The position numbers and the translations under genes are program-made. This document shows, one piece after another, positions 18,271-28,141 of a stretch of 64,000 nt of DNA (its first letter is position 1; each line of letters starts with the position of its first letter). The notes under the pieces are model-generated. The model was not told the DNA's origin and made no database searches. It was given only the letters and a program-made list of their open reading frames with translations. Source of the DNA: Alphaproteobacteria bacterium (GTDB taxonomy: Bacteria > Pseudomonadota > Alphaproteobacteria > UBA828); NCBI GenBank assembly GCA_965214705.1, contig CBDCCI010000002.1:2656001-2720000 (forward strand), given 5' to 3'.

Positions 18271-19029
18271 CTAGCCGCCCGCGGCGCGGCGGCCCAGCGG
18301 CGTCGCGGCCTCCTCGGCGTCGCCCTCGGCCCCGGTCTCGTCCTCGACTGCAAGCGCGGCCTCCGGCTTGGCGGCGGCCTGCTCCAGCTCCTCCACGCGG
18401 TCTCTCAGGGCACGAACCTCGGCCAGCAGCTTGTCGACGGCACGCGTCGTCGGGTCCGCGATATCGGGCGAGGGCGTGCCATAGGCATCGAATGACGATG
18501 CCTCCTTCTTCGCCTCAGTCGGCCCCGCAGCGCGCGCGGGGATGCCCACCATGGTGGCGCCGGGCGGCACGTCCTTGAGCACCACGGCGTTGGCGCCGAT
18601 GCGCGCATCGCGGCCCACCGTGATCGGGCCCAGCACCTGCGCGCCCGCGCCCACCACGACGCCGTCGCCCACCGTGGGGTGCCGCTTGCCCGGCGACCAG
18701 GTCACCCCGCCGAGCGTGACTTGGTGATAGAGCGTCACGTCGTCGCCGATCACGGAGGTCTCGCCGATGACCACGCCCATGCCGTGGTCGATGAAGAGGC
18801 GGCGGCCGATCTGGGCGCCGGGATGGATCTCGATGCCCGTGACAATCCGGCCCACGTGGGACACGAAGCGGCCGAGCAGGCGGAAGCCGCTTTGCCAGAG
18901 CCAGTGCGACACGTGATAGAACAGCAGCGCGTGGAACCCTGGATAACAGAAAAACACCTCGATCCTGGAGCGGACCGCCGGGTCGCGGCCGAACACACAG
19001 CCGATATCTTCCCAAATACGCTTGAACAT
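18271..19029 (-). CDS. cysE: Serine O-acetyltransferase
   Basis: [35 protein letters not shown] hexapeptide repeats. Confidence 0.95.
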   Translation of the reverse strand: MFKRIWEDIGCVFGRDPAVRSRIEVFFCYPGFHALLFYHVSHWLWQSGFRLLGRFVSHVGRIVTGIEIHPGAQIGRRLFIDHGMGVVIGETSVIGDDVTLYHQVTLGGVTWSPGKRHPTVGDGVVVGAGAQVLGPITVGRDARIGANAVVLKDVPPGATMVGIPARAAGPTEAKKEASSFDAYGTPSPDIADPTTRAVDKLLAEVRALRDRVEELEQAAAKPEAALAVEDETGAEGDAEEAATPLGRRAAGG

Positions 19030-19101
19030 GGCGCAGCCGTCCGTATATCAATGGCCGGCGCGGGGCGCCGCCGCCGGCCATTATACCCGTGTGACGGACG
19101 G

Positions 19102-19134
19102 GATATAGAGTTCCCGACTCTAGGGGTCAAGTAT
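19102..19134 (-). promoter_or_regulatory. Sigma70 promoter of cysE-iscR with overlapping IscR-type site
   Basis: Minus strand TTGACC-17 bp-TATATC; 25-mer ATACTTGACCCCTAGAGTCGGGAAC resembles the IscR type-1 consensus. Confidence 0.6.
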
Positions 19135-19237
19135 CTCCGCTGCGCCACGCCGGGCGGGGAGGCGTGGCCGCCATGTGTTGCCGGCACCGGTCGCACCGCG
19201 ATCCTGTTTTTCAGCGTTCGGAGCCCATGAGTCGCCC

Positions 19238-19876
19238 ATGCCGGAAGTGATGATCAACGGGCCAGAGGGTCGCCTGCAGGCGCGCTACCAGCAGGCCGAG
19301 GACCCTCGCGCACCCATCGCGCTCATGCTGCACCCGCACCCGCAGCACGGTGGCACGATGAACAACAAGATCGTCCACGCGCTCTACCACGCCTTCCTCC
19401 GGCAATCGTTCTCGGTCATTCGGTTCAACTTTCGCGGCGTCGGCCGCTCCCAGGGCCAGTACGACCACGGGCAGGGCGAGTTGAGCGACGCCGCCTCGGT
19501 GCTCGACTGGCTGCAGATACAGAATTCGGGTGCCGACCGCTGCTGGATCGCCGGATTCTCCTTCGGCGCCTGGATCGCCATGCAGCTGCTGATGCGCCGG
19601 CCGGAGATCGAAGGCTTCGTCGCGGTCTCCCCGCCGGCCAACAAGTTCGACTTCACCTTCCTCGCGCCGTGCCCGTCGTCGGGCCTGATCGTCCACGGCG
19701 GCGCCGACGATTTGGTGCCCGAGCCCGAAGTGGCGGAGCTTGCGACCAAGCTGCAGAGCCAGCGCCAGATCGAGATCGACTACGAGGTCATCGAGGGCGC
19801 CGGCCACTTTTACGAACGCGAACTCGACACCATGGCCGAGATCGTCGAGCGCTACGTCGCCCGCCGCGTCGACTGA
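19238..19876 (+). CDS. Alpha/beta hydrolase (conserved next to alphaproteobacterial iscS)
   Basis: MPEV..NGPEGRL, LHPHPQHGGTMNN, RFNFRGVGRSQG, GFSFG, FLAPCPSSG. Confidence 0.9.
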   Translation: MPEVMINGPEGRLQARYQQAEDPRAPIALMLHPHPQHGGTMNNKIVHALYHAFLRQSFSVIRFNFRGVGRSQGQYDHGQGELSDAASVLDWLQIQNSGADRCWIAGFSFGAWIAMQLLMRRPEIEGFVAVSPPANKFDFTFLAPCPSSGLIVHGGADDLVPEPEVAELATKLQSQRQIEIDYEVIEGAGHFYERELDTMAEIVERYVARRVD

Positions 19877-19882
19877 CTCCCC

Positions 19883-20980
19883 TTACGCCGGATGGAAGAC
19901 CCCGCCGCTCACCGGGTGGGGAACGCCCGTGGTGCGCGGCAGGCTGAGCACGAGCCCCCGCCGGCTGCGCACGGCGAGATAGCCGAAGGCCTGCGCCTCC
20001 AGCGCATCGCCCTGCCAGCCGACCACCTCTACCGGCTCGCAGGGTGTGCCCAGACGCTCGCCGAGCGTCGCCATGAGCGCCGGGTTGTGCCGCCCGCCGC
20101 CGGTCACCAGCCAGCGCTGGGGCGCCGCCGGCATGTGCGCGAGCGCACGGCGCACGGCTTCCGCCGTGAAGGCCACCAGCGTCGTGGCGCCATCGGCTGC
20201 CGCCAGGCCGCTCACGGGCGCCGGGTCGAATTGGTTGCGATCCAACGACTTGGGCGGCGGAGCGTCGAAGTAGGGGTGCGCCAGCAGGGCATCCAGAGCG
20301 CTGGAGTCGACCGTGCCCGAGCGCGCGAGCCTGCCGTCATGGTCGAGGGCGGCCCCGGTCTTGCCGAGCACCCAGTCGTCGATCAGCGCGCAGCCCGGCC
20401 CTGTGTCGAAGGCCAGCAGGTCCTCGTCGGCCGGGCCGCCGATCCAGGTCACGTTGGCGACGCCGCCGAGATTGAGCACGGCAAGCGGCACGGCGAGCCC
20501 GCTACGCCGGGCGAGCGCCGCATGGAAGAGCGGCACGAGCGGCGCCCCCTGCCCGCCTGCGGCGACGTCGTTGCTGCGAAAGTCGTTCACCACGTCGATC
20601 CCGAGCCGGCGGGCGAGCGCCGCGCCGTCGCCGATCTGATCGGTGAACCCCGCAGCGGGGTCGTGGCGCACCGTGTGGCCGGGGAAGCCCGCGACAGCGA
20701 CCTCCTCCCTGGCCACGCCGGCTTCGGTCAGCAACGCCTCGGCGGCATCCGCGTGGAACGCGGTCAGCGCGCGCTCCGTGTCCTCGCGCTCGCCCCGCCC
20801 CTCGATCACGGCCCGGAGCTGCGTGCGTAGCGCCGCCGGATAGGGCTCGGTGCGCCACGGGCCGAAGCCCGAGACGGTGACGCTATCGGTCTCGATCAGC
20901 GCCGCATCGACGCCGTCGAGCGAGGTGCCGCTCATCATACCGAGCGCCCAGACGGGCCCATCCGGCAAGGCGTCGCTCAT
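19883..20980 (-). CDS. anmK: Anhydro-N-acetylmuramic acid kinase
   Basis: GMMSGTSLDGVD, DFRS.D.AAGGQGAPLVP, NLGGVAN, FDTGPG, PPKSLDR, EAQAF. Confidence 0.95.
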   Translation of the reverse strand: MSDALPDGPVWALGMMSGTSLDGVDAALIETDSVTVSGFGPWRTEPYPAALRTQLRAVIEGRGEREDTERALTAFHADAAEALLTEAGVAREEVAVAGFPGHTVRHDPAAGFTDQIGDGAALARRLGIDVVNDFRSNDVAAGGQGAPLVPLFHAALARRSGLAVPLAVLNLGGVANVTWIGGPADEDLLAFDTGPGCALIDDWVLGKTGAALDHDGRLARSGTVDSSALDALLAHPYFDAPPPKSLDRNQFDPAPVSGLAAADGATTLVAFTAEAVRRALAHMPAAPQRWLVTGGGRHNPALMATLGERLGTPCEPVEVVGWQGDALEAQAFGYLAVRSRRGLVLSLPRTTGVPHPVSGGVFHPA

Positions 20981-21102
20981 CGGTGCCATGCGGCAGGCCG
21001 GGCGCCGCGTTGTCCGCGCGCGGGCCGTGTGATACATGACCGCGCGCCTCGGCGCCCCGCGCGGGCCGCCGGGCGGAACGGCAGCCAGCGGGTCGAGCGA
21101 CG

Positions 21103-22350
21103 GTGTTTTCCTCCGATTTCATGCGCGTGCTGTCGGAGCGCGGCTACATCCACCAGTGCACCGACGACGCGGGCCTCGACGGGCTCGCCGCGCAGGGGCG
21201 CCTGAGCGCCTACATCGGCTTCGACTGCACCGCCGACAGCCTGCACGTGGGCAGCCTGGTGCAGATCATGATGCTGCGCTGGCTGCAGAAGACAGGTCAC
21301 CGGCCCATCGTGCTGCTCGGCGGCGGCACCACCAAGATCGGCGACCCGAGCGGGCGCGACGAATCGCGCTCGCTGCTCAGCGAAGACGCCATCGTCGCGA
21401 ACAAGAAGGGCATCCGGCGCTCGTTCGACCGCTTCCTCTCCTTCGGCGACGGGACCACCGACGCGCTGCTCGTGGACAACGCCGACTGGCTCGACGGGCT
21501 CGGCTACATCCCGCTGCTGCGCGACATCGGCGCCCACTTCTCGATCAACCGGATGCTGACCTTCGACAGCGTGCGCCTGCGGCTCGACCGCGAGCAGCCG
21601 CTGAGCTTCCTGGAGTTCAACTACATGATCCTCCAGGCCTACGACTTCCTGGAACTGTCCCGCCGCGCCGATTGCCTCCTGCAGATGGGCGGCTCGGACC
21701 AGTGGGGCAACATCGTGAACGGCGTGGAGCTCGCGCGCCGCATCGACGGGCGCCAGGTTTTCGGGCTCACCACGCCGCTCATCACGCTGGCCTCCGGCGC
21801 GAAGATGGGCAAGACCGCCCAGGGAGCCGTCTGGCTCAACGCCGACCGGCTCTCGCCCTACGACTACTGGCAGTATTGGCGTAACATCGACGACGCCGAC
21901 GTCGGCCGCTTCATGCGGCTCTTCACCGAGCTGCCGCTGGACGAGATCGCGCGTCACGAGGCGCTCGAAGGCGCCGAGTTGAACGACTCCAAGAAGCTGC
22001 TGGCGAACGAGGCGACGGCCCTCTGCCACGGCGCGGACGCCGCCGCCAACGCCGCGGAGACGGCGCGGCAGACCTTCGAGGAAGGTGCGGCCGGTGCGGA
22101 CCTGCCCGTCTTCGACGCTGCGCGGAGCGAGCTCGAAGCCGGCATCCCCGCCATCGCGCTGTTTCAGACGGCGGGGCTCTGCGAATCGGGCGGCGCGGCA
22201 AGGCGGCTCATCCGGGGCGGCGGCGCCCGCATCAACGGCACGGTGATCGAGTCGGAGACGCGCGCCATCGGCCCCGACGACATCGGTGCCGACGGCCGGA
22301 TCAAGCTCTCCGCCGGCAAGAAGCGCCACGCCCTGATCCGCCCGGCCTGA
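21103..22350 (+). CDS. tyrS: Tyrosine--tRNA ligase
   Basis: [31 protein letters not shown]-terminal S4 domain. Confidence 0.97.
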   Translation: MFSSDFMRVLSERGYIHQCTDDAGLDGLAAQGRLSAYIGFDCTADSLHVGSLVQIMMLRWLQKTGHRPIVLLGGGTTKIGDPSGRDESRSLLSEDAIVANKKGIRRSFDRFLSFGDGTTDALLVDNADWLDGLGYIPLLRDIGAHFSINRMLTFDSVRLRLDREQPLSFLEFNYMILQAYDFLELSRRADCLLQMGGSDQWGNIVNGVELARRIDGRQVFGLTTPLITLASGAKMGKTAQGAVWLNADRLSPYDYWQYWRNIDDADVGRFMRLFTELPLDEIARHEALEGAELNDSKKLLANEATALCHGADAAANAAETARQTFEEGAAGADLPVFDAARSELEAGIPAIALFQTAGLCESGGAARRLIRGGGARINGTVIESETRAIGPDDIGADGRIKLSAGKKRHALIRPA

Positions 22351-22396
22351 TTTCCGCGCGCCAGACCTCGGCGCGCGCCTCTCGAACCTCCGGCAC

Positions 22397-22780
22397 TCAG
22401 CCGTTGGCCGGCCCCTCGTCGGGCTGCCAGGGCTCGTAGTCCCCGGTTGCGTGGTCGCGCCTGCCCCGGCCCAGGATGTGCCCCGGCGGCCGGTAGGCAG
22501 CGGCGGTGCCGGTGAGGTTCGGCTGGTGCGGCTTCTCCCAGGGCTGCGCGCGAAGCGGCGCCTCCGTCGGCGGCTCGTCGGTGCTGTGGTGGAGCCAGCG
22601 GTGCCACTCCGGCGGCACCCGCGACGCCTCTACCTCGCCCTCGTAGACGACCCAGCGCCGCTCGCGCTCGCCAGGCCCCGACCGCCCCCACCGCTCGCGA
22701 TAGTAGCGGTTGCCGGCGTCGTCCTCGCCCACCAGCGCGCCGCAGAGCATGGTGTAGAGCCGTGTGCCGATCGTCGCCAT
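22397..22780 (-). CDS. NADH:ubiquinone oxidoreductase NDUFA12 (17.2 kDa) subunit family
   Basis: VGED..GNRYY, RRWV.Y.G..EAS.VPPEWH.WLH, WEKPH.PNLTGT..AYRP, DYEPW.P. Confidence 0.92.
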   Translation of the reverse strand: MATIGTRLYTMLCGALVGEDDAGNRYYRERWGRSGPGERERRWVVYEGEVEASRVPPEWHRWLHHSTDEPPTEAPLRAQPWEKPHQPNLTGTAAAYRPPGHILGRGRRDHATGDYEPWQPDEGPANG

Positions 22781-22949
22781 CGCCCCGCCGGTGTTCCCGC
22801 ACCCGTTTCAGCCCAGCGCCGCCGCTTATGCCACGGCCACACGCCACCCGTCCAGAGACCGCAGTCGCCCCTGATCCACCCAGTTCCTGCAACCTCCCGA
22901 AAATCCGATCTACGGCAACCGCCAAGTGCCGCTATTCTGAGGACCAGCC

Positions 22950-23411
22950 ATGCGCATCATCCCACCGATACTGCTCTGCATTATGGTCGGCTTGATGGTC
23001 GGGGCCGACACGTTGCTGCCCCTGATCCGGTTCGACCCGCCCGGTCTCCTCTGGGCGGGTGCGGCGATCGTGGTTCTCGGCGTCTGCATTGCGGGGCCCG
23101 CGATGTTGCGGTTTCGACGGGCCCGAACCAACTTCCATACCTTCAAGGAGCCCGGCGTGCTCGTCACCGACGGGCCCTACGCCATCAGCCGGAACCCGAT
23201 GTACGTGGGCATGGTTCTGGCGGGACTCGGAGCCGCGCTGATCACCGCAACGCTGGCGGGGGTCATCCTGGCCGCGGCCTACGCGCTCATCGTCCGCTAC
23301 TGGTACATCGCCTACGAGGAGCGCGCGATGCGCCGGCAGTTCGGCGAGCACTACGACGCCTATTGCCGAAAAGTCGGGCGCTGGATCGGGCGACGCCGAA
23401 CCACTCAGTAG
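22950..23411 (+). CDS. Isoprenylcysteine carboxyl methyltransferase / PEMT family membrane protein
   Basis: LVTDGPYAISRNPMYVG, EE..M...FG..Y..Y...V.RW. Confidence 0.85.
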   Translation: MRIIPPILLCIMVGLMVGADTLLPLIRFDPPGLLWAGAAIVVLGVCIAGPAMLRFRRARTNFHTFKEPGVLVTDGPYAISRNPMYVGMVLAGLGAALITATLAGVILAAAYALIVRYWYIAYEERAMRRQFGEHYDAYCRKVGRWIGRRRTTQ

Positions 23412-23447
23412 GCGACACGTCGGCGGCTGATTGGCGCGCGGCCGGCC

Positions 23448-23462
23448 TTTACAATTCTTTAC
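23448..23462. promoter_or_regulatory. CpxR/OmpR-type direct-repeat box
   Basis: TTTAC-AATTC-TTTAC, i.e. GTAAA-N5-GTAAA on the minus strand, about 80 bp upstream of the Spy/CpxP gene. Confidence 0.65.
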
Positions 23463-23541
23463 CTACCGGACACCGGCGGGAAACCGCCCATCCCCATCTT
23501 GAGTCATGTCCGACACCCCATAGCAAGAGAGAAGCGAAGAC

Positions 23542-24060
23542 ATGACCGACGACGACAAGACGGAGAACACCCCCGACCGCACCACCCGCCGCAAGGCGCG
23601 CCCGCGCTGGATCCTGATGAGCATCGCCGGCGCCCTCGTCCTGGTCATCGGCGGCATGACCTGGAGCGCGGTGGCCTATTCCGGCAAGTCGTGGGACGGC
23701 GACAAGATCGAGCGCTTCGTCGAGTGGAAGATCGACGGCATGCTCGACGAGGTCGACGCCACCGACGAGCAGCGCGAGCAAGTGCGTGCGATCACGACCG
23801 CCGCTCTGGCCGACATGGAGGAGTTCCGCGACTTCAAGCGCGAGGGCCGGCAGGCGCTGGTCGAGGCGCTCACCCAGGAGACGGTCGACCGCGAGGCGCT
23901 CGAAGCGTTGCGCCAGAACAAGCTCGCGACGGCCGACCGCGCCAGCCAGCGCCTGCTGGCGGCGCTCGCCGACGCGGCCGAGGTGCTGACACCTGCTCAG
24001 CGCCAGGAACTCGCGGCGGAACTGGAGTCTCACTGGCGGCACCATCATAGGCACGACTGA
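23542..24060 (+). CDS. Spy/CpxP family (LTXXQ) periplasmic protein with His-rich tail
   Basis: N-terminal TM/signal; ATDEQR and LTPAQR motifs, VDR.ALEALR; ends HWRHHHRHD. Confidence 0.82.
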   Translation: MTDDDKTENTPDRTTRRKARPRWILMSIAGALVLVIGGMTWSAVAYSGKSWDGDKIERFVEWKIDGMLDEVDATDEQREQVRAITTAALADMEEFRDFKREGRQALVEALTQETVDREALEALRQNKLATADRASQRLLAALADAAEVLTPAQRQELAAELESHWRHHHRHD

Positions 24061-24183
24061 GCGCCCTCACCCCAACCGAGGTAAGGCGCGGTAGGCACCG
24101 TGCGGCATCTCCCTCCGCACGGTGTCGGCGCGGGCGGAGCCCCCTTACGACCCTCCCTGCGCAAAGGGGGGGCTCCGCCTGCC
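24061..24183 (+). other. Three consecutive GC-rich hairpins with C/U-rich loops (structured 3'UTR, candidate sRNA)
   Basis: GCGCCCTC..GAGG.AAGGCGC; GGCACCGTGCGG-catctccct-CCGCACGGTGTC; GGGCGGAGCCCCCTT-acgaccctccctgcgca-AAGGGGGGGCTCCGCCT. Confidence 0.5.
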
Positions 24184-24244
24184 TCTCTCCGAACGCCCGG
24201 CATTGGGCGTATAACAGTGGGCACATCGTCGCCTGGAGGAGCGC

Positions 24245-26527
24245 ATGGTTTCCTTTCTTTCCCCCCTCGCCGTCTGGCTTGCCCTCGGGACGGCGATGGT
24301 CGCGTTGTCGGCGTGCGCGCTGCTCACGCCGTTGCCGAAGCAGAAGGACGTCGCCGAGCGCCTGGCGGCGTTCCCCACGCGCGGCCTGCCGCTCGACGGG
24401 ACCGTGACGGTCCACTGGAACGAGCAGCAGATTCCCTTCATCGAAGCCGAGAGCGACGGCGACGCTGCGTTCGCGCTCGGCCTCGTGCACGCCCACCTGC
24501 GGCTGGGTCAGATGGCGACGATGCGGATGATCGCGCGCGGGCGCGTGTCGGAGATGATCGGCCCCCTCGGGGTCGACATCGACCACGGCCTGCGCACCCT
24601 CGACTTCGGTCGCGCGGCGCCTGAGATCGAGCGCGGCATGGATGCGGCGACGCGGCTCTGGGTCCAGCGCTTCGTGGACGGCATCAACCACTACCAGAAC
24701 GCCGCCGCCACGCTGCCGCACGACTTCGATGTTCTCAACCTGGAGCCCGAGCCCTGGACGGTCGTGGACGTGTTCGCCATGGGACGTCTCGCCGGCACGG
24801 ACGTGAACTGGCTGGTCTGGATGGACCTGCTCCCGCTGCGCGCACGGGCCGGCTGGGACGAGCTCTGGGCGCGCCTGGTGGAGGGCGGCGCGGTCTCGGT
24901 CGCGGGATCCGACAGCGACGGGGACACGGCCCGGATGCAGCGCTGGCTCGGCGGGCTCTCGAAGTCCGGCAGCAACAGCCTCGCCGTGGCAGGCCATCGC
25001 ACCGATACGGGCGGCGCGCTCATGGCCAACGACCCCCATCTCGGCATTCTGGTTCCCAACGTCTGGCTGATCGCCGGAATCAAATCGCCCTCCTATCACG
25101 CAGTCGGGCTCATGGCGCCGGGGCTGCCGATCTTCGCCATCGGCCGCAACCCGCACATCGCCTGGGGCGGCACGAACATGCGCGCAGCCTCGAGCGACCT
25201 CTACGATGTCAGCGACGTGCCGGGATCGGAGATCGACGCGCGGCGCGAGAGCATCGGCGTGCGCTGGTGGTTCGACAGCGACGTGACCGTCCGCGAATCA
25301 GAGTGGGGGCCGATCGTCACCGACGTACCGCTCCTCGCCGACTTCGACCTGCCGCCGCTCGCACTGAAATGGACCGGCCACGATGCGAGCGACGAGATCG
25401 GCGCCATGCTCGCGGTGAGCCGGGCGCGCACCTTCGACGAGTTCCGCGCGGCGTTCGACGGCTTCGCGGTGCCAGGCCAGAACATGCTCTACGCGGATGC
25501 AGACGGGAATATCGGCAGGGTGCTGGCAGTGCGGCTCCCCAGCCGCAACGGCCCGCCCGCCGACATCGCCCTCGACACGACCGGCCACGACGCCTCGTGG
25601 GGCACCATGCGCACCGCTGCGGACCTGCCCTTCAGCTACAATCCGGAGGCGGGCTACCTGGTCTCCGCCAACGACCGGCCGCCGGCGACGAGCATCCCGG
25701 TGGGATTCTTCTTCTCGCGCGACGACCGGGTGAACCGCATGCACGCCCTCATCGAGGCCGAATCCGCCGTGGGCGTCGAGACGCTCAAGGCGGTGCAGCA
25801 GGACGTCTACATGGCGTCGTCCGTGACGCTGCGCGATCTCTTCATCGCCAGGCTCGATGCGCTGGGAATGGCCGCGGCAGCCGACGCCAAGGGCAAGGAG
25901 GCGATCGGCCGGCTGCGCGATTGGGATGGAGAATACCGGGCCGACTCGCGCGGGGCGGTGACGTTCGAGCAATTCCGCCACGGCTTCACCGGCAGCTTCT
26001 ATGCCCTGCTCTATGGAGAGGACGACGGGCAGGCATTCGCCTCGGTCGACCGTCGCACGGCGCTGCTGGGCGAGGAGATCGCCGCGGCGGGCGAGAAGAC
26101 GCTGCGCGCGGCCCTTGCCGCGGGGCTGGAGGCGGCCGTCGATGGCCTGGAGTCGTTCGCAGACTGGGGTGAAATGCACCGCCTCAGCCTCGCGCATCCC
26201 CTCTCCTACGTCCCGCTCATCGGCGGCCGTTACGAGTTCGCCGAAGCCGGCGTAGGAGGCAGCTCGGCCACGCTGATGAAGACCGCGCACGATCCCACCG
26301 CCGAGCGTCACACCGTCAACTATGGCTCCAACGCGCGGCACATCTCCGACATGACGGACCCGGACGAGAACTATTTCGTGCTGCTCGGCGGCCAAGACGG
26401 CTGGTTCAACAGCACGACCATCCTGGATCAGTGGGAGCTGTGGCGCCGCGGCGATTACGTCCGCGTGCCGCTGACGCTCGACGAGGTGCGCGCGAGCTTC
26501 CCGCACGTGCTCTCCCTGAAGAACTGA
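24245..26527 (+). CDS. Penicillin acylase family Ntn hydrolase, predicted lipoprotein
   Basis: Lipobox LSAC; IP.I.A...DA.FALG.VHA..RL.QM; GSNS beta-chain Ser nucleophile, ANDPHL, WGGTN, QNMLYAD, GGQDG. Confidence 0.9.
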   Translation: MVSFLSPLAVWLALGTAMVALSACALLTPLPKQKDVAERLAAFPTRGLPLDGTVTVHWNEQQIPFIEAESDGDAAFALGLVHAHLRLGQMATMRMIARGRVSEMIGPLGVDIDHGLRTLDFGRAAPEIERGMDAATRLWVQRFVDGINHYQNAAATLPHDFDVLNLEPEPWTVVDVFAMGRLAGTDVNWLVWMDLLPLRARAGWDELWARLVEGGAVSVAGSDSDGDTARMQRWLGGLSKSGSNSLAVAGHRTDTGGALMANDPHLGILVPNVWLIAGIKSPSYHAVGLMAPGLPIFAIGRNPHIAWGGTNMRAASSDLYDVSDVPGSEIDARRESIGVRWWFDSDVTVRESEWGPIVTDVPLLADFDLPPLALKWTGHDASDEIGAMLAVSRARTFDEFRAAFDGFAVPGQNMLYADADGNIGRVLAVRLPSRNGPPADIALDTTGHDASWGTMRTAADLPFSYNPEAGYLVSANDRPPATSIPVGFFFSRDDRVNRMHALIEAESAVGVETLKAVQQDVYMASSVTLRDLFIARLDALGMAAAADAKGKEAIGRLRDWDGEYRADSRGAVTFEQFRHGFTGSFYALLYGEDDGQAFASVDRRTALLGEEIAAAGEKTLRAALAAGLEAAVDGLESFADWGEMHRLSLAHPLSYVPLIGGRYEFAEAGVGGSSATLMKTAHDPTAERHTVNYGSNARHISDMTDPDENYFVLLGGQDGWFNSTTILDQWELWRRGDYVRVPLTLDEVRASFPHVLSLKN

Positions 26528-26557
26528 CAGCGTGGCGGAGGCGCCCGCACCGGGACC

Positions 26558-28141
26558 ATGTACGACGCAACCTGGATGCTGCGGCTCTATGCCCGGCGGC
26601 GCCTGCGAGAGCTTGAGGCGATGGAGCCGCAGCAGACGCAGCGCCGCGTGCTCTCGTCCCTCATTCGCCGCGGCCGCCGCACCCAATTCGGGCGAGACCA
26701 CGGGTTTTCGGGCGCCTGGTCCCTCGACGAGTACCGGTCGCGGGTGCCGCTGCGCGATTACGATGCCTTCTGGCAGTCCTATTGGCAGGCGCCCTTTCCC
26801 CGCCTCGCCGATTGCACGTGGCCCGGCCTCATTCCCTGGTTCGCCGTGTCGTCGGGCACGGCGACCGGCACCACGAAGCACATCCCCGTGAGCCGTGAGA
26901 TGCACCGGTCGAACGTGCGCGCGGGCGCCGACCTGTTGACCCACCATCTCGCCAATCGGCCCCAGAGCCGCCTGTTCGCGGGCCGCGTCTTCATGCTCGG
27001 CGGCTCGACCGGCCTGGTGCGCCAAGCGCCGGGGGTCTTCAGCGGCGACATCAGCGGGATCGAGGCGGCCGCCATGCCCGGATGGGCGCGGCTGCGCTAC
27101 TTCCCGCCACGCGAGCTCGAAGGCATCGCCGACTGGCAGGTCAAGATCGATCGCTTCGCCGAACGCTCCCTGGATACGGAGATTTCGGCGGTCGCCGGCA
27201 CGCCGAGCTGGCTGCTGATCTTCTTCGAGCGCCTGATCGAGATCGCCGGCGCCCGCCGGGGTGGAGTGGCACGACGGATCGCCGACATCTATCCCGCGCT
27301 GGAACTGCTGTCACACGGCGGCGTCGCGTGGGCGCCCTATCGCGACCGTTTCGCCGCATTGCTCGAAGGCAGCCGCGCGGAGACACGCGAGGTCTACCCG
27401 GCGAGCGAGGGTTTCTTCGCCATCGCCGACCGCGCCGACGGCGAGGGCCTCCGGCTGCGGCTCGATGCCGGGATCTTCTATGAGTTCATCCCCGTCGACC
27501 AACTCGACAGCGCACACCCGGACTGCCGCTGGGTCGGCGACGTCGAGCCGGGGGTCAACTACGCGTTGGCGGTGACCACCTGCGCCGGCCTCTGGCGCTA
27601 CCTCGTGGGCGACACCGTGACCGTGGTCGAGCGCGATCCCTCGCGCGTCCTCGTCTCCGGTCGGACGAGCTACATGCTCTCCGCGTTCGGCGAGCACGTA
27701 ATCGGCAGTGAGGTGGAACAGGCCGTGGCGGAGGCGGCACGCGCGATCGGCGCGACCGTCAACGATTTTTCCGCGGGAAACGTGTTTCCCGACGAGACCG
27801 GCACGCGCGGCGGGCATCTCTACATCGTCGAATTGGGCGCGGCGCGCGAAGCAAACGGTCTCGCCGCCGAGTCGCCCGCGCGCTTCGCCGCCGCGCTCGA
27901 CTCGACGCTTTGCCGCCTCAACGACGATTACGAGACCCACCGCGCGGGCGGCTACGGCATGGATGCCCCGCGCGTTCGTTTTCTCCCGCCCGGCGGCTTC
28001 GCGGCGTGGATGAAGAGCCGCGGCAAGCTCGGCGGTCAGAACAAGGTGCCCCGCATCGTCAACGACCAGGCGCTCTTCGCCGGGCTAATCCAATTCGCCG
28101 ACACTTACGGGGAGCACGGAGAAGGGGCCGCACGGCGATGA
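26558..28141 (+). CDS. GH3 family acyl-acid amido synthetase
   Basis: SSGTATGTTKHIP, AGTPSW, YPASEGFF, FYEFIP, GLWRY.VGD, KLGGQNKVPR. Confidence 0.9.
   Translation: MYDATWMLRLYARRRLRELEAMEPQQTQRRVLSSLIRRGRRTQFGRDHGFSGAWSLDEYRSRVPLRDYDAFWQSYWQAPFPRLADCTWPGLIPWFAVSSGTATGTTKHIPVSREMHRSNVRAGADLLTHHLANRPQSRLFAGRVFMLGGSTGLVRQAPGVFSGDISGIEAAAMPGWARLRYFPPRELEGIADWQVKIDRFAERSLDTEISAVAGTPSWLLIFFERLIEIAGARRGGVARRIADIYPALELLSHGGVAWAPYRDRFAALLEGSRAETREVYPASEGFFAIADRADGEGLRLRLDAGIFYEFIPVDQLDSAHPDCRWVGDVEPGVNYALAVTTCAGLWRYLVGDTVTVVERDPSRVLVSGRTSYMLSAFGEHVIGSEVEQAVAEAARAIGATVNDFSAGNVFPDETGTRGGHLYIVELGAAREANGLAAESPARFAAALDSTLCRLNDDYETHRAGGYGMDAPRVRFLPPGGFAAWMKSRGKLGGQNKVPRIVNDQALFAGLIQFADTYGEHGEGAARR

Noticed and set aside
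25298-27025. 575-aa minus-strand ORF
   Set aside because: Antisense to the acylase and GH3 genes; no motifs
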